The notes: generated by a model from the sequence alone, not told the origin. A stretch of 32,000 nt of DNA from Candidatus Saccharimonadota bacterium (GCA_963718585.1 OY970357.1:840001-872000), one strand, 5' to 3'. Positions 1 through 9,187 are shown, counted from the first letter of the stretch. Translations and numbers: made by a program.

Positions 1-150
1 ACGCAACCGATACCGGATCCCCTCACTGCAATCGAAGAGGATCTGTCGGCCGTCGATGTCGATGAGGAATGCGGGGGGCTGCCGCGGCGTCGTCGTATGC
101 GACGTATCCGCGCAGACGCCCGTGCCGAGTGCGATGACTTCCAATGCCAT
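1..150 (-). CDS. MBL-fold hydrolase, RNase Z-like (first 50 codons only; gene runs off the left edge)
   Basis: Minus-strand ATG at 148-150. My translation is MALEVIALGTGVCADTSHTTTPRQPPAFLIDIDGRQILFDCSEGIRYRLR. It fits the LGTG...LFDCGEG N-terminal signature of RNase Z/metallo-beta-lactamase-fold enzymes. Too short to appear in the ORF track. Confidence 0.5.
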   Translation of the reverse strand, partial: MALEVIALGTGVCADTSHTTTPRQPPAFLIDIDGRQILFDCSEGIRYRLR

Positions 151-227
151 GGAAGTAGTATACAGGCCGGACACATACCCCGCATCTCAACATGCGCATA
201 TGAACATTCTGACGATCTTCGCGAGTT

Positions 228-256
228 AAAAAAAACCGGACACTGAATGTATCCGG
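228..256 (-). terminator. Rho-independent terminator candidate
   Basis: Minus strand: stem CCGGA/TCCGG (252-256 / 236-240) followed by a U8 run (A-run 228-235 on +). Lies downstream of the small ORF. Confidence 0.5.
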
Positions 257-286
257 GTGAAAAAAACCAGGAGAGGTCGCGAGACC

Positions 287-478
287 TCAATCCTTGGTCG
301 CTGACGACTCCGTCGCAGGCGTTTCGTCGGATGAACTGAGAAGCTCTTCCCAGTCTCTGAACGAGGCTATGACGCTTGGCCGGGCGACGCGGTCAGCCTC
401 CTTCTTGATCTGACGTAGGGCACGCCAGAACGCATCGTTCCTGGGTTTTGACCCTTCATCTCCCTCATGATCTTCCAT
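287..478 (-). CDS. small acidic hypothetical protein (63 aa)
   Basis: ORF-track ORF 287..559 trimmed to the internal ATG at 476-478, which follows AAGGAGAAGGAG (Shine-Dalgarno). No recognisable family. Confidence 0.4.
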   Translation of the reverse strand: MEDHEGDEGSKPRNDAFWRALRQIKKEADRVARPSVIASFRDWEELLSSSDETPATESSATKD

Positions 479-603
479 GCACTCCTTCTCCTTGCTTGGC
501 GGTCCAAATCGCCTCGCGAAAAAACGTCGCGTTCCCAAATAACGGTCAAAAAAGAGCAACCTTCAAAAAGAGACTAGCAGAAAACTCCTTAAAAGTCAAC
601 GGA

Positions 604-1053
604 TCATAACTCCTCTTTCCTCACCACCTTCCCATCTGCATCGAAGAAAAAGCGCCTGGAGACGGTCCCGCCGGCAAGCACGGCCGGTAACCATAACGGA
701 TCATCGTCCCACATGGCCGCATACGGAACAGCTTCCAACGGATACCACTGGGGACGCATCTCCTCGGTCTCTTCCGGTTCCCCCTCAAGCCCGCGTGCGA
801 CGAAGACCGTACACCGATTGTCCCATTCCGGGGTCTCCAAAAAGACGAACTCGATGACCCCGCGCGACTCGAGACCCGTCGGCGTGGCGCCCACCTCCTC
901 CTGCGTCTCACGGACGCACGCAGCTTCCGGCGTCTCCCCATCCTCCAACTTGCCACCTGGGCCGTTCCATTTCCCAGCGCCAAGCCCGCGCTTCTTCATC
1001 GCGAGCAGGACACGGCCATCGACGATCGGATAACAGAGGGTGGTCTGTTTCAT
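604..1053 (-). CDS. Nudix hydrolase (MutT-like)
   Basis: Nudix box GGKLEDGETPEAACVRETQEEVG (GX5EX7REUXEEXGU). Start trimmed to MKQTTLCYPIV (ATG 1051-1053), which overlaps the upstream stop in an ATGA junction. Confidence 0.85.
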   Translation of the reverse strand: MKQTTLCYPIVDGRVLLAMKKRGLGAGKWNGPGGKLEDGETPEAACVRETQEEVGATPTGLESRGVIEFVFLETPEWDNRCTVFVARGLEGEPEETEEMRPQWYPLEAVPYAAMWDDDPLWLPAVLAGGTVSRRFFFDADGKVVRKEEL

Positions 1054-1613
1054 ACGTGTTCTTCGCCCAATGCCGCCTCCAGGATCTCCGGGACCTCGAG
1101 CGCGCCTTCGACATGCATCAGATGTCCGGACCGCGCCGGGACGATGAGCTTGACGCCGAGCTGTTTCGCGAGCCATTCCCCTTCCTCGAACGGAACGAGC
1201 GGATCGCGATGCGCATGCACGACCGCCCAGGATCGCGCCTTCGGCTTGATCGCAGAAAGATCCAAGGGGTGAGGGAACCAGTCATGATGGAATTGTCCCG
1301 CCTTTTTCAGGATCGTCGAAAACGGACGGCCGAAACCGGAGACCAATACGACCCGTGTGAGCGGTGGCCCTTCGTAGTTCGCAAGCGTCCACAGGATCGC
1401 CGCGCATCCGAGCGAATGTCCGATCAGCACGGTCTCCGGACGGCCAAGGGCGCGCCGGATGGTATCGACCCAGACCGTCCGCTTGGGCAGCGCCGGATCC
1501 GGCATCTTCAACGCTTCCGTGGTCCACCCACGCGATCCCAGCTCACGCCGAAGCCACGGGAACCAAGCGTTCTCCGGCCAACCTTCCCACCCATGCACGA
1601 GGATCGCATGCAT
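1050..1613 (-). CDS. alpha/beta serine hydrolase, YdeN/RBBP9-like
   Basis: 187 aa. ILVHGW...WFPWL N-terminus and nucleophile elbow GHSLG, typical of the Ser_hydrolase (YdeN) family. 4-bp ATGA overlap with the Nudix gene. Confidence 0.8.
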   Translation of the reverse strand: MHAILVHGWEGWPENAWFPWLRRELGSRGWTTEALKMPDPALPKRTVWVDTIRRALGRPETVLIGHSLGCAAILWTLANYEGPPLTRVVLVSGFGRPFSTILKKAGQFHHDWFPHPLDLSAIKPKARSWAVVHAHRDPLVPFEEGEWLAKQLGVKLIVPARSGHLMHVEGALEVPEILEAALGEEHV

Positions 1614-1675
1614 GACGCCAGCGTAGCCGGAGGAACTCGAAAAAGAAATGCCCCGTACACGATGATCCAGCCGGG

Positions 1676-1749
1676 TGCGCGCGCAAGGACTCGAACCTTG
1701 GACCCCTTCGGTGTAAACGAAGTGCTCTAACCGACTGAGCTACGCGCGC
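1676..1749 (-). tRNA. tRNA-Val (anticodon UAC)
   Basis: Manual cloverleaf: GCGCGCG-TA-GCTC..GAGC-A-CTTCG-TTTACAC-CGAAG-GGGTC-CAAGG-TTCGAGT-CCTTG-CGCGCGC-A. CCA is not encoded. Confidence 0.85.
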
Positions 1750-1817
1750 GCGCCTGAATGGACCATCGTAACGGGATCTGCCGGCGAGTGTAGCAGAAGA
1801 GGGCTCCCTGTCCAGCC

Positions 1818-1846
1818 TTGACAAAACCATCGATCCGTCGTAGGTT
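1818..1846 (+). promoter_or_regulatory. sigma70-type promoter candidate (TTGACA-17-TAGGTT)
   Basis: TTGACA at 1818-1823, 17-nt spacer, TAGGTT at 1841-1846. About 40 nt upstream of the GTG start at 1886. Confidence 0.4.
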
Positions 1847-1885
1847 CGATCATCGGACGTTCTTTGACCAACAAGGAGGTTTCAT

Positions 1886-2221
1886 GTGATCCAAAGCATC
1901 CGACGCGTACGATATCGGGACATCGACGCCATCCTGATCCGAACGGTGAAGGATGATGTCCGCCGACGCCACAGCGGTGTCGAGCTCGAGGAGTGGCTCA
2001 ACGCCGCGAAGGAGACCGGGTTCGAACCGACGCTCGTCTTCGTCACCGGGAAGCACGGACCCGTGTGGCGGATCATCCTCATGGATGAGCTCCATAGCCG
2101 ATTTCCGACCGTCGCCGTGTACGACTCGCAGAAGTCCAGGTACAAGGTCATCCGTTCGACGAACGAGGCGTTCGCGCACGGGGATACGATCCATTCCCAC
2201 GAGATCCAACTGGACCAATGA
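1886..2221 (+). CDS. hypothetical protein (111 aa)
   Basis: GTG start preceded by AAGGAGG (1873-1879, 6-nt spacing). Coding-like composition. No family recognised. Confidence 0.6.
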   Translation: MIQSIRRVRYRDIDAILIRTVKDDVRRRHSGVELEEWLNAAKETGFEPTLVFVTGKHGPVWRIILMDELHSRFPTVAVYDSQKSRYKVIRSTNEAFAHGDTIHSHEIQLDQ

Positions 2222-2376
2222 CCGCCTCCCTTCTCCTCGAGTCGCTCATCAGCTCACTCATCGTCTCAGGGTATCTCGTCTTGGCCTGGGAAGCGGGGAT
2301 CATCGCCTTCGGGCTCATCCTCCTCGCCATAGTCACCGGGACCATCGCCGCGTTCATCCAGCGACCGACGGCCTAA
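2218..2376 (+). CDS. small hydrophobic membrane protein (52 aa)
   Basis: Not in the ORF track (<60 aa). ATG 2218-2220 overlaps the upstream TGA (ATGA). My translation is MTASLLLESLISSLIVSGYLVLAWEAGIIAFGLILLAIVTGTIAAFIQRPTA, with two predicted TM helices. A terminator follows directly. Confidence 0.5.
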   Translation: MTASLLLESLISSLIVSGYLVLAWEAGIIAFGLILLAIVTGTIAAFIQRPTA

Positions 2377-2386
2377 CCCTTTCAAA

Positions 2387-2409
2387 GCCGCGTTGACCGC
2401 GGCTTTTTT
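2387..2409 (+). terminator. Rho-independent terminator
   Basis: GCCGCG-ttgac-CGCGGC stem-loop followed by T6. Confidence 0.7.
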
Positions 2410-2437
2410 CTTACGGCAAACGTCGTATACTGCTGAC

Positions 2438-2791
2438 ATGATCCAGTGCAAACGCATCTATGAACCACGGAACGCCTCTGATGGATATCGGATCCTGGTG
2501 GACCGTGTTTGGCCGCGGGGGATGTCAAAACGACGAGCCCATCTTGACCTGTGGCTCAAGGATGTCGCCCCAAGTACCACGCTCCGAAAATGGTTCGGGC
2601 ACATACCAGAGAGATGGACGGAGTTCAAACACCGCTATACCTCTGAGCTGAAGGGGTCTGAAGCACTCAAAGAACTCCGTCAGCTTTGTCGTTCGCATAA
2701 AACGGTCACGCTGCTGTATGGCGCGAAAGACGAAGCGCACAATCAAGCCGTCGCGCTCCTTGGCGTTTTGAAGAGAGGGAGAAAGACGTGA
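2438..2791 (+). CDS. yeaO: DUF488 family protein, YeaO-like
   Basis: MIQCKRIYEPRNASDGYRILVDRVWPRGMSK...LWLKDVAPSTTLRKWF closely resembles E. coli YeaO. Start trimmed from the ORF-track 2393 to the ATG at 2438. Confidence 0.85.
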   Translation: MIQCKRIYEPRNASDGYRILVDRVWPRGMSKRRAHLDLWLKDVAPSTTLRKWFGHIPERWTEFKHRYTSELKGSEALKELRQLCRSHKTVTLLYGAKDEAHNQAVALLGVLKRGRKT

Positions 2792-2882
2792 GAACCCGTC
2801 GGTTCCCGGATCGCCTCGCGATCTCCCTCCGCCATACGTTCCCCTACACCCCTCCCGTTCTCGTCTCTCATAAATAAGGACC

Positions 2883-2911
2883 AAAAACAAACACCCCGAT
2901 GTGGGGTGTTT
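2883..2911 (-). terminator. terminator hairpin downstream of tRNA-Leu (usable in both directions)
   Basis: AAACACCCC-gatgt-GGGGTGTTT 9-bp stem. On the minus strand it is followed by a TTTGTTTTT-type U-rich tract. Confidence 0.6.
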
Positions 2912-2916
2912 GTATG

Positions 2917-3003
2917 TGGTGCGCAGGAGAGGACTCGAACCTCCACGGGATTGCTCCCGCCAGCACCTCAAGCTGGTGCGTATACCAATTCCGCCACCTG
3001 CGC
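2917..3003 (-). tRNA. tRNA-Leu (anticodon GAG), class II with long variable arm, CCA encoded
   Basis: Manual fold: GCGCAGG acceptor, anticodon stem CCAGC/GCTGG with loop TTGAGGT, variable arm CGGGAGCAATCCCG, T-arm GGAGG-TTCGAGT-CCTCT, 3' ACCA. Confidence 0.85.
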
Positions 3004-3123
3004 ATGCTCGCTTCCGCCGTCTTACGCTTCGTGTCCACATATGGCGTCCACTCGCGTCCCGACGACTCGCTGCGCTTTGCTCGCCAAAGGCTCGCAAGGG
3101 AAACAATGCAGCTTCAAAAAGGT

Positions 3124-3975
3124 TCACCAGCCATTCCGCGGCACGCGGTGTGCGGTCCGCATCGTGGCGGTCGGAAGCGTACCAGCACTCACGGCTTTTG
3201 GCAATCCCTGCGGGACCGAGGCCAACCGCCGGTTGCGACCGGTGATGATCCGGAGTTTTTTCGGCTCAATGCCAAGATGGAAACAGCGTCCATTCATCAC
3301 ATGGTTGTCCGCATAGATCTCGGTCGGGTCCGTCGAGATCAGCTCACCGGACCGCATCAGGACCCGCGTCGGCACCGGAGCCTTTTCACGCCGTCGAGAT
3401 GTTCCACCCTGCGGCGTGACGACCACCTCGAGCAATCCGTCTTTTGCATCCGCCGAGGGTCCAGCCTCTCCGGCAACACCAAGATTACGGATCGAAATGG
3501 TCCCCCCGTTCGACGGAGAGATCCGATACGCCCCATCAATGTCCACTGCCGCGATCGTTTGCGGCACGCGGACCTCGGTCAAAAAATACCGATCGTCGAG
3601 TTTCCCGACATCAAGCGTTTCGATGAGACGCGCGGCGAGGACATCACACGCGCCCAATCCGACCGGGATCCCGAGGGCCTGCGCCACCGTCGAAGGCTCT
3701 TCGATCGGCAGATAGCCGAGCGTGACGTCGAGATCCGGAAGGAACCACATGACCTTGTCGAGCGTCTGATCATTCCCGATCAGGACGACCGTCGAGACCC
3801 CCTGATGCGCCATGCTTTCGACGATATCCTTCGCACTCCGAAACAGTGCGAGTCGGGCACCACGGCCGACGAGATCAAGAGACGCAAGACGCGCTTCGAG
3901 ATCCGCAAGCAGACGCTCGTACTTCCGATCATTCAAAAAATCATCGTAGATGAACGCGTACGTGTGCCGCTGCAT
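3124..3975 (-). CDS. diacylglycerol/lipid kinase-like protein (DAGK_cat, YegS/LCB5 family), degenerate nucleotide-binding motif
   Basis: 283 aa with the overall YegS-like layout. The position of the conserved GGDGT motif reads GNDQT (VVLIGNDQTLDKV). Confidence 0.65.
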   Translation of the reverse strand: MQRHTYAFIYDDFLNDRKYERLLADLEARLASLDLVGRGARLALFRSAKDIVESMAHQGVSTVVLIGNDQTLDKVMWFLPDLDVTLGYLPIEEPSTVAQALGIPVGLGACDVLAARLIETLDVGKLDDRYFLTEVRVPQTIAAVDIDGAYRISPSNGGTISIRNLGVAGEAGPSADAKDGLLEVVVTPQGGTSRRREKAPVPTRVLMRSGELISTDPTEIYADNHVMNGRCFHLGIEPKKLRIITGRNRRLASVPQGLPKAVSAGTLPTATMRTAHRVPRNGW

Positions 3976-4016
3976 AGTTGTTGTCGCTCACCCGTCGCCC
4001 CACCGGGACGAACGTG

Positions 4017-4472
4017 TCACGCCTCAACCGGAGCTGTCACGGGCGCAGCCGTTTTGGACGCCGGCGCTTTGACCGGCTCCACCTTGACCTGGCCCACGGA
4101 CATCTTGCCGTTCAAGCTCGCGCCAGACTCGACCGTGATGGTCTCGCAAGAGATATCCCCCTTGATCTTGGCCGTCGACCGCAGCTCCAATCGTTTCTTC
4201 ACGGACACCGTCCCTTCGATGACACCGGCGATGACGGCCTCCTCCGCAGAGATCTCCGCCTTGAGCTTCGCGTCCGAACCCACGGTCAGGAGGGCGTTGG
4301 TCGAGACCTGCCCATTAACATCACCTTCGATGACGACGTCGCCCTGAGAGACGAAATTCCCCTCGACCTTGACACCACGGGCGATCACGGTCGCACCGGC
4401 GCCGGTGGATGCGCCGGGCGTGGACATCGGAGCGGCATCATAGCCCTCCGGACGTTTGGAAGATGTGAACAT
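4017..4472 (-). CDS. bactofilin (polymer-forming cytoskeletal protein, DUF583)
   Basis: Repetitive beta-helix pattern VIARGVKVEGNFVSQGDVVIEGDVNGQV...IKGDISCETITVESGASLNGKMSV, typical of bactofilins. Confidence 0.85.
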   Translation of the reverse strand: MFTSSKRPEGYDAAPMSTPGASTGAGATVIARGVKVEGNFVSQGDVVIEGDVNGQVSTNALLTVGSDAKLKAEISAEEAVIAGVIEGTVSVKKRLELRSTAKIKGDISCETITVESGASLNGKMSVGQVKVEPVKAPASKTAAPVTAPVEA

Positions 4473-4511
4473 ATCGCCGGTACCGTAGCCTCGCTGGCAT
4501 CCCCCGTCAAC

Positions 4512-6110
4512 TTACGAGGCCTCTCCGGGCGGCGTGGCGTCCGGCACGATCGGAAGATGGAAACGGAACACGCTCCCCTTCCCCGGTCCGTCACTTTCGA
4601 CCTCGACCCCGCCACCGGCCGCATGGACGAGCCGCTTTACGACGTACAACCCCAACCCTGTCCCATCAAGTGCACGAGCGTGCGCGGTCCGACCACGATG
4701 GAACTTGGCGAACAATTCATGGATATCCGCGTCGGTCATCCCTGCGCCCGTATCACGGACCTCGCAGACGAGCCGACCATCATCGACCAGGCAGGTCACA
4801 GAGACCCCTCCGTCATCCGTATATTTGATCGCGTTATCAACGAGATTGAACAGCGCGTTCCGGAACGCCTGACGGTCGATCCGGACCGACGCCGAGACCG
4901 ACGCCTCTGCCCGCGCCCCAAGTTCCAGATGCTTCCCATTCGCGAACATCTGCATCTCCTGGACCACGGTCGCCAGCTCAGCACGGACGTCCGTCGGTTG
5001 GGGACGGGTCGTGTATTGTCCGGTCTCGACGCGGGACATGTCCAAAAAAGTCTCTGCCAGGTCGAGCAACCGCGTTGCCTGATCCTGGATCTGGGCCGTC
5101 ATCTTTACGGCTTGTTCTGGTAACGCTCCAAAATCGCCTGACGAAAGCATGGACGCTCCAGAACGGATGGCCCCGAGCGGAGTTCGTAATTGATGCGAGA
5201 CCATATCCACGAAATCACTTTCTGCCTCTCCCAACTGACGCAGGCGATGATTCGCCTCTTCGAGCAACAGACGCTTCATCCGCTCTCCGCGCGCGGAACG
5301 GATCGCGATGAACCCGAACGTTCCCAGGGCGACGGATCCCAGGAGCGAGACCGTGAACTCCCGAGGATCATGCGCCACGAGCAACAAGATGATCGCGAAG
5401 GTGAGGAGGAAGACGAAGAATGCTTCCAGCGCACCGACGGATACATCCAAAAGGGACGCTCGCACGAAGGCCGCAAGGGAGATGATGCAGAACAAGCTCG
5501 TCAGGGCCGGGAGAAGCATGTCCCCCGGGATCGGGATCGTAATGACCTGAAGCGCAGCGGCCGTGAGGTATAAAGTCAGGATCACGATCCCGTACGCGGC
5601 ACGGCGGCGTTCAATGAGACGTGCATCGCCCGAAAAGACCGGATAGAGCTCGATGGCCGCAATGAGGAACGCGATGACATCAAGGAGAAAGAGGACACCG
5701 GCGGCGGCCATCAATACCGCTGCAGTATCGAAGGACCATCCGGCAAAGGCCACCAACGCGTGCGATGAGAGCCCGAAGAATGCGATCAGGCCGACGACAT
5801 ACGCCAAGATGACCGATCCGACGGTCCGGCGGTGGGAGATCCGCAGGGCGACGTGCAACGCGTAGGCCGGCGCCATGGCGACCGTGAACTCAAAGAGAAG
5901 CTTCCAGAGGAAGACCTGCGTCGGCGAGACAGCCGGGAATGACCGGATGAACCAGTCCGCCGCGGTCCAGAGGGACAACGAAAGCGCGATGAGCCCGAAC
6001 AACGTCCCACCGATGGACCGCCGACTCCGCGACCACGCGAGGAATCCGAGGAGCAGGGCCGCTGTGGCGGACCCGACAAGAAGGACGAGATCGAGAGGGA
6101 GGAGAGGCAT
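4512..6110 (-). CDS. sensor histidine kinase with polytopic membrane N-terminus
   Basis: About 8 hydrophobic segments. HisKA H-box SHQLRTPL. HATPase_c motifs NLVDNAIKYT, DTGAGM, GTGLGLYVVKRLV. No response regulator in the window. Confidence 0.85.
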   Translation of the reverse strand: MPLLPLDLVLLVGSATAALLLGFLAWSRSRRSIGGTLFGLIALSLSLWTAADWFIRSFPAVSPTQVFLWKLLFEFTVAMAPAYALHVALRISHRRTVGSVILAYVVGLIAFFGLSSHALVAFAGWSFDTAAVLMAAAGVLFLLDVIAFLIAAIELYPVFSGDARLIERRRAAYGIVILTLYLTAAALQVITIPIPGDMLLPALTSLFCIISLAAFVRASLLDVSVGALEAFFVFLLTFAIILLLVAHDPREFTVSLLGSVALGTFGFIAIRSARGERMKRLLLEEANHRLRQLGEAESDFVDMVSHQLRTPLGAIRSGASMLSSGDFGALPEQAVKMTAQIQDQATRLLDLAETFLDMSRVETGQYTTRPQPTDVRAELATVVQEMQMFANGKHLELGARAEASVSASVRIDRQAFRNALFNLVDNAIKYTDDGGVSVTCLVDDGRLVCEVRDTGAGMTDADIHELFAKFHRGRTAHARALDGTGLGLYVVKRLVHAAGGGVEVESDGPGKGSVFRFHLPIVPDATPPGEAS

Positions 6111-6121
6111 GGGGTTGAAGT

Positions 6122-6209
6122 CAGAAGCTAGAAGCTTGGGGTGATCGACTGTAACGCAGCGAGGGATCGTCTTACGCTAGCTTCTAGATTCTAGATTCTA
6201 GATTCTGAA
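6122..6209. repeat. inverted heptamer-repeat block AGAA(G/T)CT / TTCTAGA
   Basis: AGAAGCT x2 at 6123-6136. TTCTAGA x3 plus TTCTGAA at 6182-6209, preceded by AGCTTCT (6179-6185). The two arms can pair (9 bp + 4 bp). Confidence 0.6.
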
Positions 6210-6215
6210 TACGAG

Positions 6216-7982
6216 CTACATCTCGTCCGGCACGGGGATCCCGAGGAGTTCCGATCCATGGACAAGGGCGTGTCGCGCGAGCGCCGCGAGCGCGAGTCGT
6301 GCGGCGCGAACATCCGTCGGCGCATCGAGGACTGGCACATCGCGGTAGAATGCATTCACCTCCTGGGCGAGCGACAAGCACCATTGTGCCAAGGCGCTTG
6401 GCTTGGTCTCCACCGCGGCGCGGCGCACGACATCCGGAAATGCCGCGATCCGCAGGGCGAGCGCCCGTTCCGTGTCATGGACCAACCCATCGGCATCGAT
6501 CGTGTGATCGAACCCATCCGTCCACCCGGCCTTTTTCAGGATGCTATTGAGGCGCGTTGCCGCGTAGAGCACGTACGGACCCGTATCGCCGTCGAACGAG
6601 AGCGCCTTTTGGATGTCAAAGACGATCCGCTTGTTCGGATCTTGCTTGAGCATCGCGAATTTCATCCCCGCGATCGCGAGACACCACGAGATATGTGCGA
6701 CCTTTCCTTCGCTCCAATCCGGATGACGCTCGATCGTAGACGCCCGCGAGGCGGCCATGACCGCATCGCGAAACGTGAAGAATGTGACGATGTTCCCCTT
6801 CCGACTCGACATCGCTCCCTCCGGAAGGGTGACGAGCTCATAGCCAAGGAATCCGAAGGATTGCGCATACCCCATGCGCTTCAGCGCTTCGGCGAGTTGT
6901 CGGAAATTGAGCGCCTGCCGCATATCGACAAGGACGACGCTCTGCGTGAAATCCGGATACTCCTGCGCCTTGAGCTCGGCGAGCGCAAGGTCTTTGGCGG
7001 CATAAAGGAGTGATCCATCAGATTTCCGCAAAAGCATGACACCGAGCTTCTGTTCCTCCATGTCGATGATCAACGCACCCTGACTTTTGATCGCGATCTT
7101 CTTTTCCTCCAACTCCTGCAACAGTTCATGTGCGCGATCCACGCATTCAGAATCAAAATATTGTCGTTCGATCCGGACGCCAAGCTCGTCAAAGACGCCA
7201 TTGATCTCATCCATGCACCAACGTTTCGTCTCCCGCCACAAGGCCTCCCATGCCGGTTCGTGCTTTTCCAGTGCCGCGTGAACGAATGAAACATTTTCCT
7301 GCAGCGCGTCCTCTTCCTCAAGCGCACGTGTCGCCTGCGTATACACGTCACCAAGATACCGCGCGTTCCGGTCCTCTCCCGGGACGGCGTTCAAAAGCGC
7401 ATCGACATCGTCTTTCGCGAAAACGCGGACGTCGTACCCATGATCCGTCACCAGTTTCCAAAGGCACTTGGCCACATGCGTCCCGATGTCATTGATGTAG
7501 CTCACTGGGATCACGGTCGCACCCGCCCGTCGGAGCAGCGGGACGAGTGATGCCCCAAGAATGAGGTTTCGCAGATGCCCGACGTGGATCTCCTTATGCG
7601 TGTTCGGATTCGCGTATTCGAAAAGGGTCTTTTGACCTGCGAGCGCGTCCGTTTGTCCGAAGGCTTCCCCTTCTCGCGCGACCTCGGCCAACAAACGCGG
7701 GACGAGTGCCCCGACATGGATCCGAAAATTCAAATACGGACCGACCGGCGTCGCCGCCGCGATCGTGACATCCGTCCCTTCGAGTTTCTGCGCCAAGGCC
7801 ACTGCGACATCCGCCGGATTCGCTCCCATGACCTTCCCGAGCGCGAAACAACCGAAGGCAAGATCCCCATGCTCCGAAGATGGCGGAACCACAAGATCCT
7901 TTGGATCAACGGTCTGCTCCGCAACTTCGGAGAGGCGACGGGCGATATGGGCCCGGATGACGTCCCAGGTGGACTGCGTCAT
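6216..7982 (-). CDS. argS: arginine--tRNA ligase
   Basis: 588 aa. HIGH-type motif HVGHLRN, MSSRKG (KMSKS-like), C-terminal DALR anticodon-binding-like region ending in M. Confidence 0.95.
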   Translation of the reverse strand: MTQSTWDVIRAHIARRLSEVAEQTVDPKDLVVPPSSEHGDLAFGCFALGKVMGANPADVAVALAQKLEGTDVTIAAATPVGPYLNFRIHVGALVPRLLAEVAREGEAFGQTDALAGQKTLFEYANPNTHKEIHVGHLRNLILGASLVPLLRRAGATVIPVSYINDIGTHVAKCLWKLVTDHGYDVRVFAKDDVDALLNAVPGEDRNARYLGDVYTQATRALEEEDALQENVSFVHAALEKHEPAWEALWRETKRWCMDEINGVFDELGVRIERQYFDSECVDRAHELLQELEEKKIAIKSQGALIIDMEEQKLGVMLLRKSDGSLLYAAKDLALAELKAQEYPDFTQSVVLVDMRQALNFRQLAEALKRMGYAQSFGFLGYELVTLPEGAMSSRKGNIVTFFTFRDAVMAASRASTIERHPDWSEGKVAHISWCLAIAGMKFAMLKQDPNKRIVFDIQKALSFDGDTGPYVLYAATRLNSILKKAGWTDGFDHTIDADGLVHDTERALALRIAAFPDVVRRAAVETKPSALAQWCLSLAQEVNAFYRDVPVLDAPTDVRAARLALAALARHALVHGSELLGIPVPDEM

Positions 7983-9187
7983 ACAAGCTTCACGAAATGC
8001 CGCTTCCCTTTTTGGATGAGATCCCCCTTTGCGACGTCCGCCGACGGATCTTTGAGGACCTCCTCATTCACTCTCACGCCACCCTGTTCGATCTGCCGCC
8101 GCGCATCGGATTTCGATGAGACGAGTTTTGCATCCACCAATGCATCCACGAGCGTCATGCCCTTCGTCGCCTTCAATTCCGGCACCTCCTCCGGCGTTTC
8201 ATGTGCCTTATGCACCCGATCGAAATGCTCTGCGGCCTTCGATGCCGCCTTACCGCCGGTAAGCAGGGAAACGATCTCTTCCGCGAGCCGACGCTTGTAA
8301 CCGACCGGGTTTTCCCCGTCCGTGATCGCCGCGCGGATATCCGCGATCTCACCATCCGGCACGTCCGTGCACAATTCAAACCCCGGGATGATCATCCCGT
8401 CCTTCCAGCTCATGACCTTCCCATACATGTCCTCCGGCGTATCGAGCAATGACACCATATTGCCCTCGCTCTTCCCCATCTTGGTCCCCGTCGGATCCGT
8501 CAGAAGTTTCGTCGTCAACACGAATTTCTCCTTGTTCTTCATCTCTCGCAAGAGCGCGCGTCCGGCCAACATGTTGAAGGTCTGGTCATTCCCGCCAACT
8601 TCAAGATCCACATCCATCACGACCGAGTCATATCCCTGCATGAGCGGGTACAAGAACTCGTGAAGATACACGGGCTTCCCTTCTTTCATGCGACGTTCGA
8701 ACATGTCGCGTTCCGCCATCTGTTGGACCGTGAAGTGCGAGGCAAGTTCGACGACGTCGCCGAAGGACATCTTCGCGAGCCACGCGCTGTTGAATTTCAA
8801 CGAGGCCGCATTCGGTCCGTCGAAGGACAGGAAACGCGACGCCTGCTTCTTATACAACTTACAGTTCGCAAGCACATCATCACGAGTGAGTTGTTTGCGG
8901 ACCGCCGACTTATCCGTCGGGTCGCCGATCATGGCCGTGAAGTCGCCGATGAGGAGAAAGACCTCGTGTCCGAGGCGTTGCAACTCCGCGAGTTTCCGCA
9001 ACCAGATGACATGGCCGAGGTGCAGGGTCGGGCCCGTCGGATCCACACCCGTGTATACACGGATCCGTTGTCCGCTCTTTAAGAGCTCGTCTAATTTTTC
9101 CCGCGTCGGATATACATTCTCGACCGCCCGGGTGAGGAACTGCGCGATCGCCTTCGGATCTGTCGATGCCTTGGATTTCGTGGCCAT
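7979..9187 (-). CDS. tyrS: tyrosine--tRNA ligase
   Basis: 402 aa. GVDPTGPTLHLGH, GDFTAMIGDPTDK, KMGKSEGN, C-terminal S4-like RRQIEQGGVRVN. ATGA overlap with argS. Confidence 0.93.
   Translation of the reverse strand: MATKSKASTDPKAIAQFLTRAVENVYPTREKLDELLKSGQRIRVYTGVDPTGPTLHLGHVIWLRKLAELQRLGHEVFLLIGDFTAMIGDPTDKSAVRKQLTRDDVLANCKLYKKQASRFLSFDGPNAASLKFNSAWLAKMSFGDVVELASHFTVQQMAERDMFERRMKEGKPVYLHEFLYPLMQGYDSVVMDVDLEVGGNDQTFNMLAGRALLREMKNKEKFVLTTKLLTDPTGTKMGKSEGNMVSLLDTPEDMYGKVMSWKDGMIIPGFELCTDVPDGEIADIRAAITDGENPVGYKRRLAEEIVSLLTGGKAASKAAEHFDRVHKAHETPEEVPELKATKGMTLVDALVDAKLVSSKSDARRQIEQGGVRVNEEVLKDPSADVAKGDLIQKGKRHFVKLV

Noticed and set aside
2899-4347. Long plus-strand ORFs of 482 aa and 381 aa (3978..5123) opposite the DAGK-like, bactofilin and kinase genes
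   Set aside because: They are Arg/Pro/Gly-rich shadow frames of a GC-rich region. They lie antisense to genes with clear family signatures, overlap a tRNA, and contain no recognisable motifs.
6182-6209. Heptamer tandem repeats as a CRISPR array
   Set aside because: The units are 7 bp, contiguous and without spacers. No cas genes or CRISPR-length repeats occur anywhere in the window.
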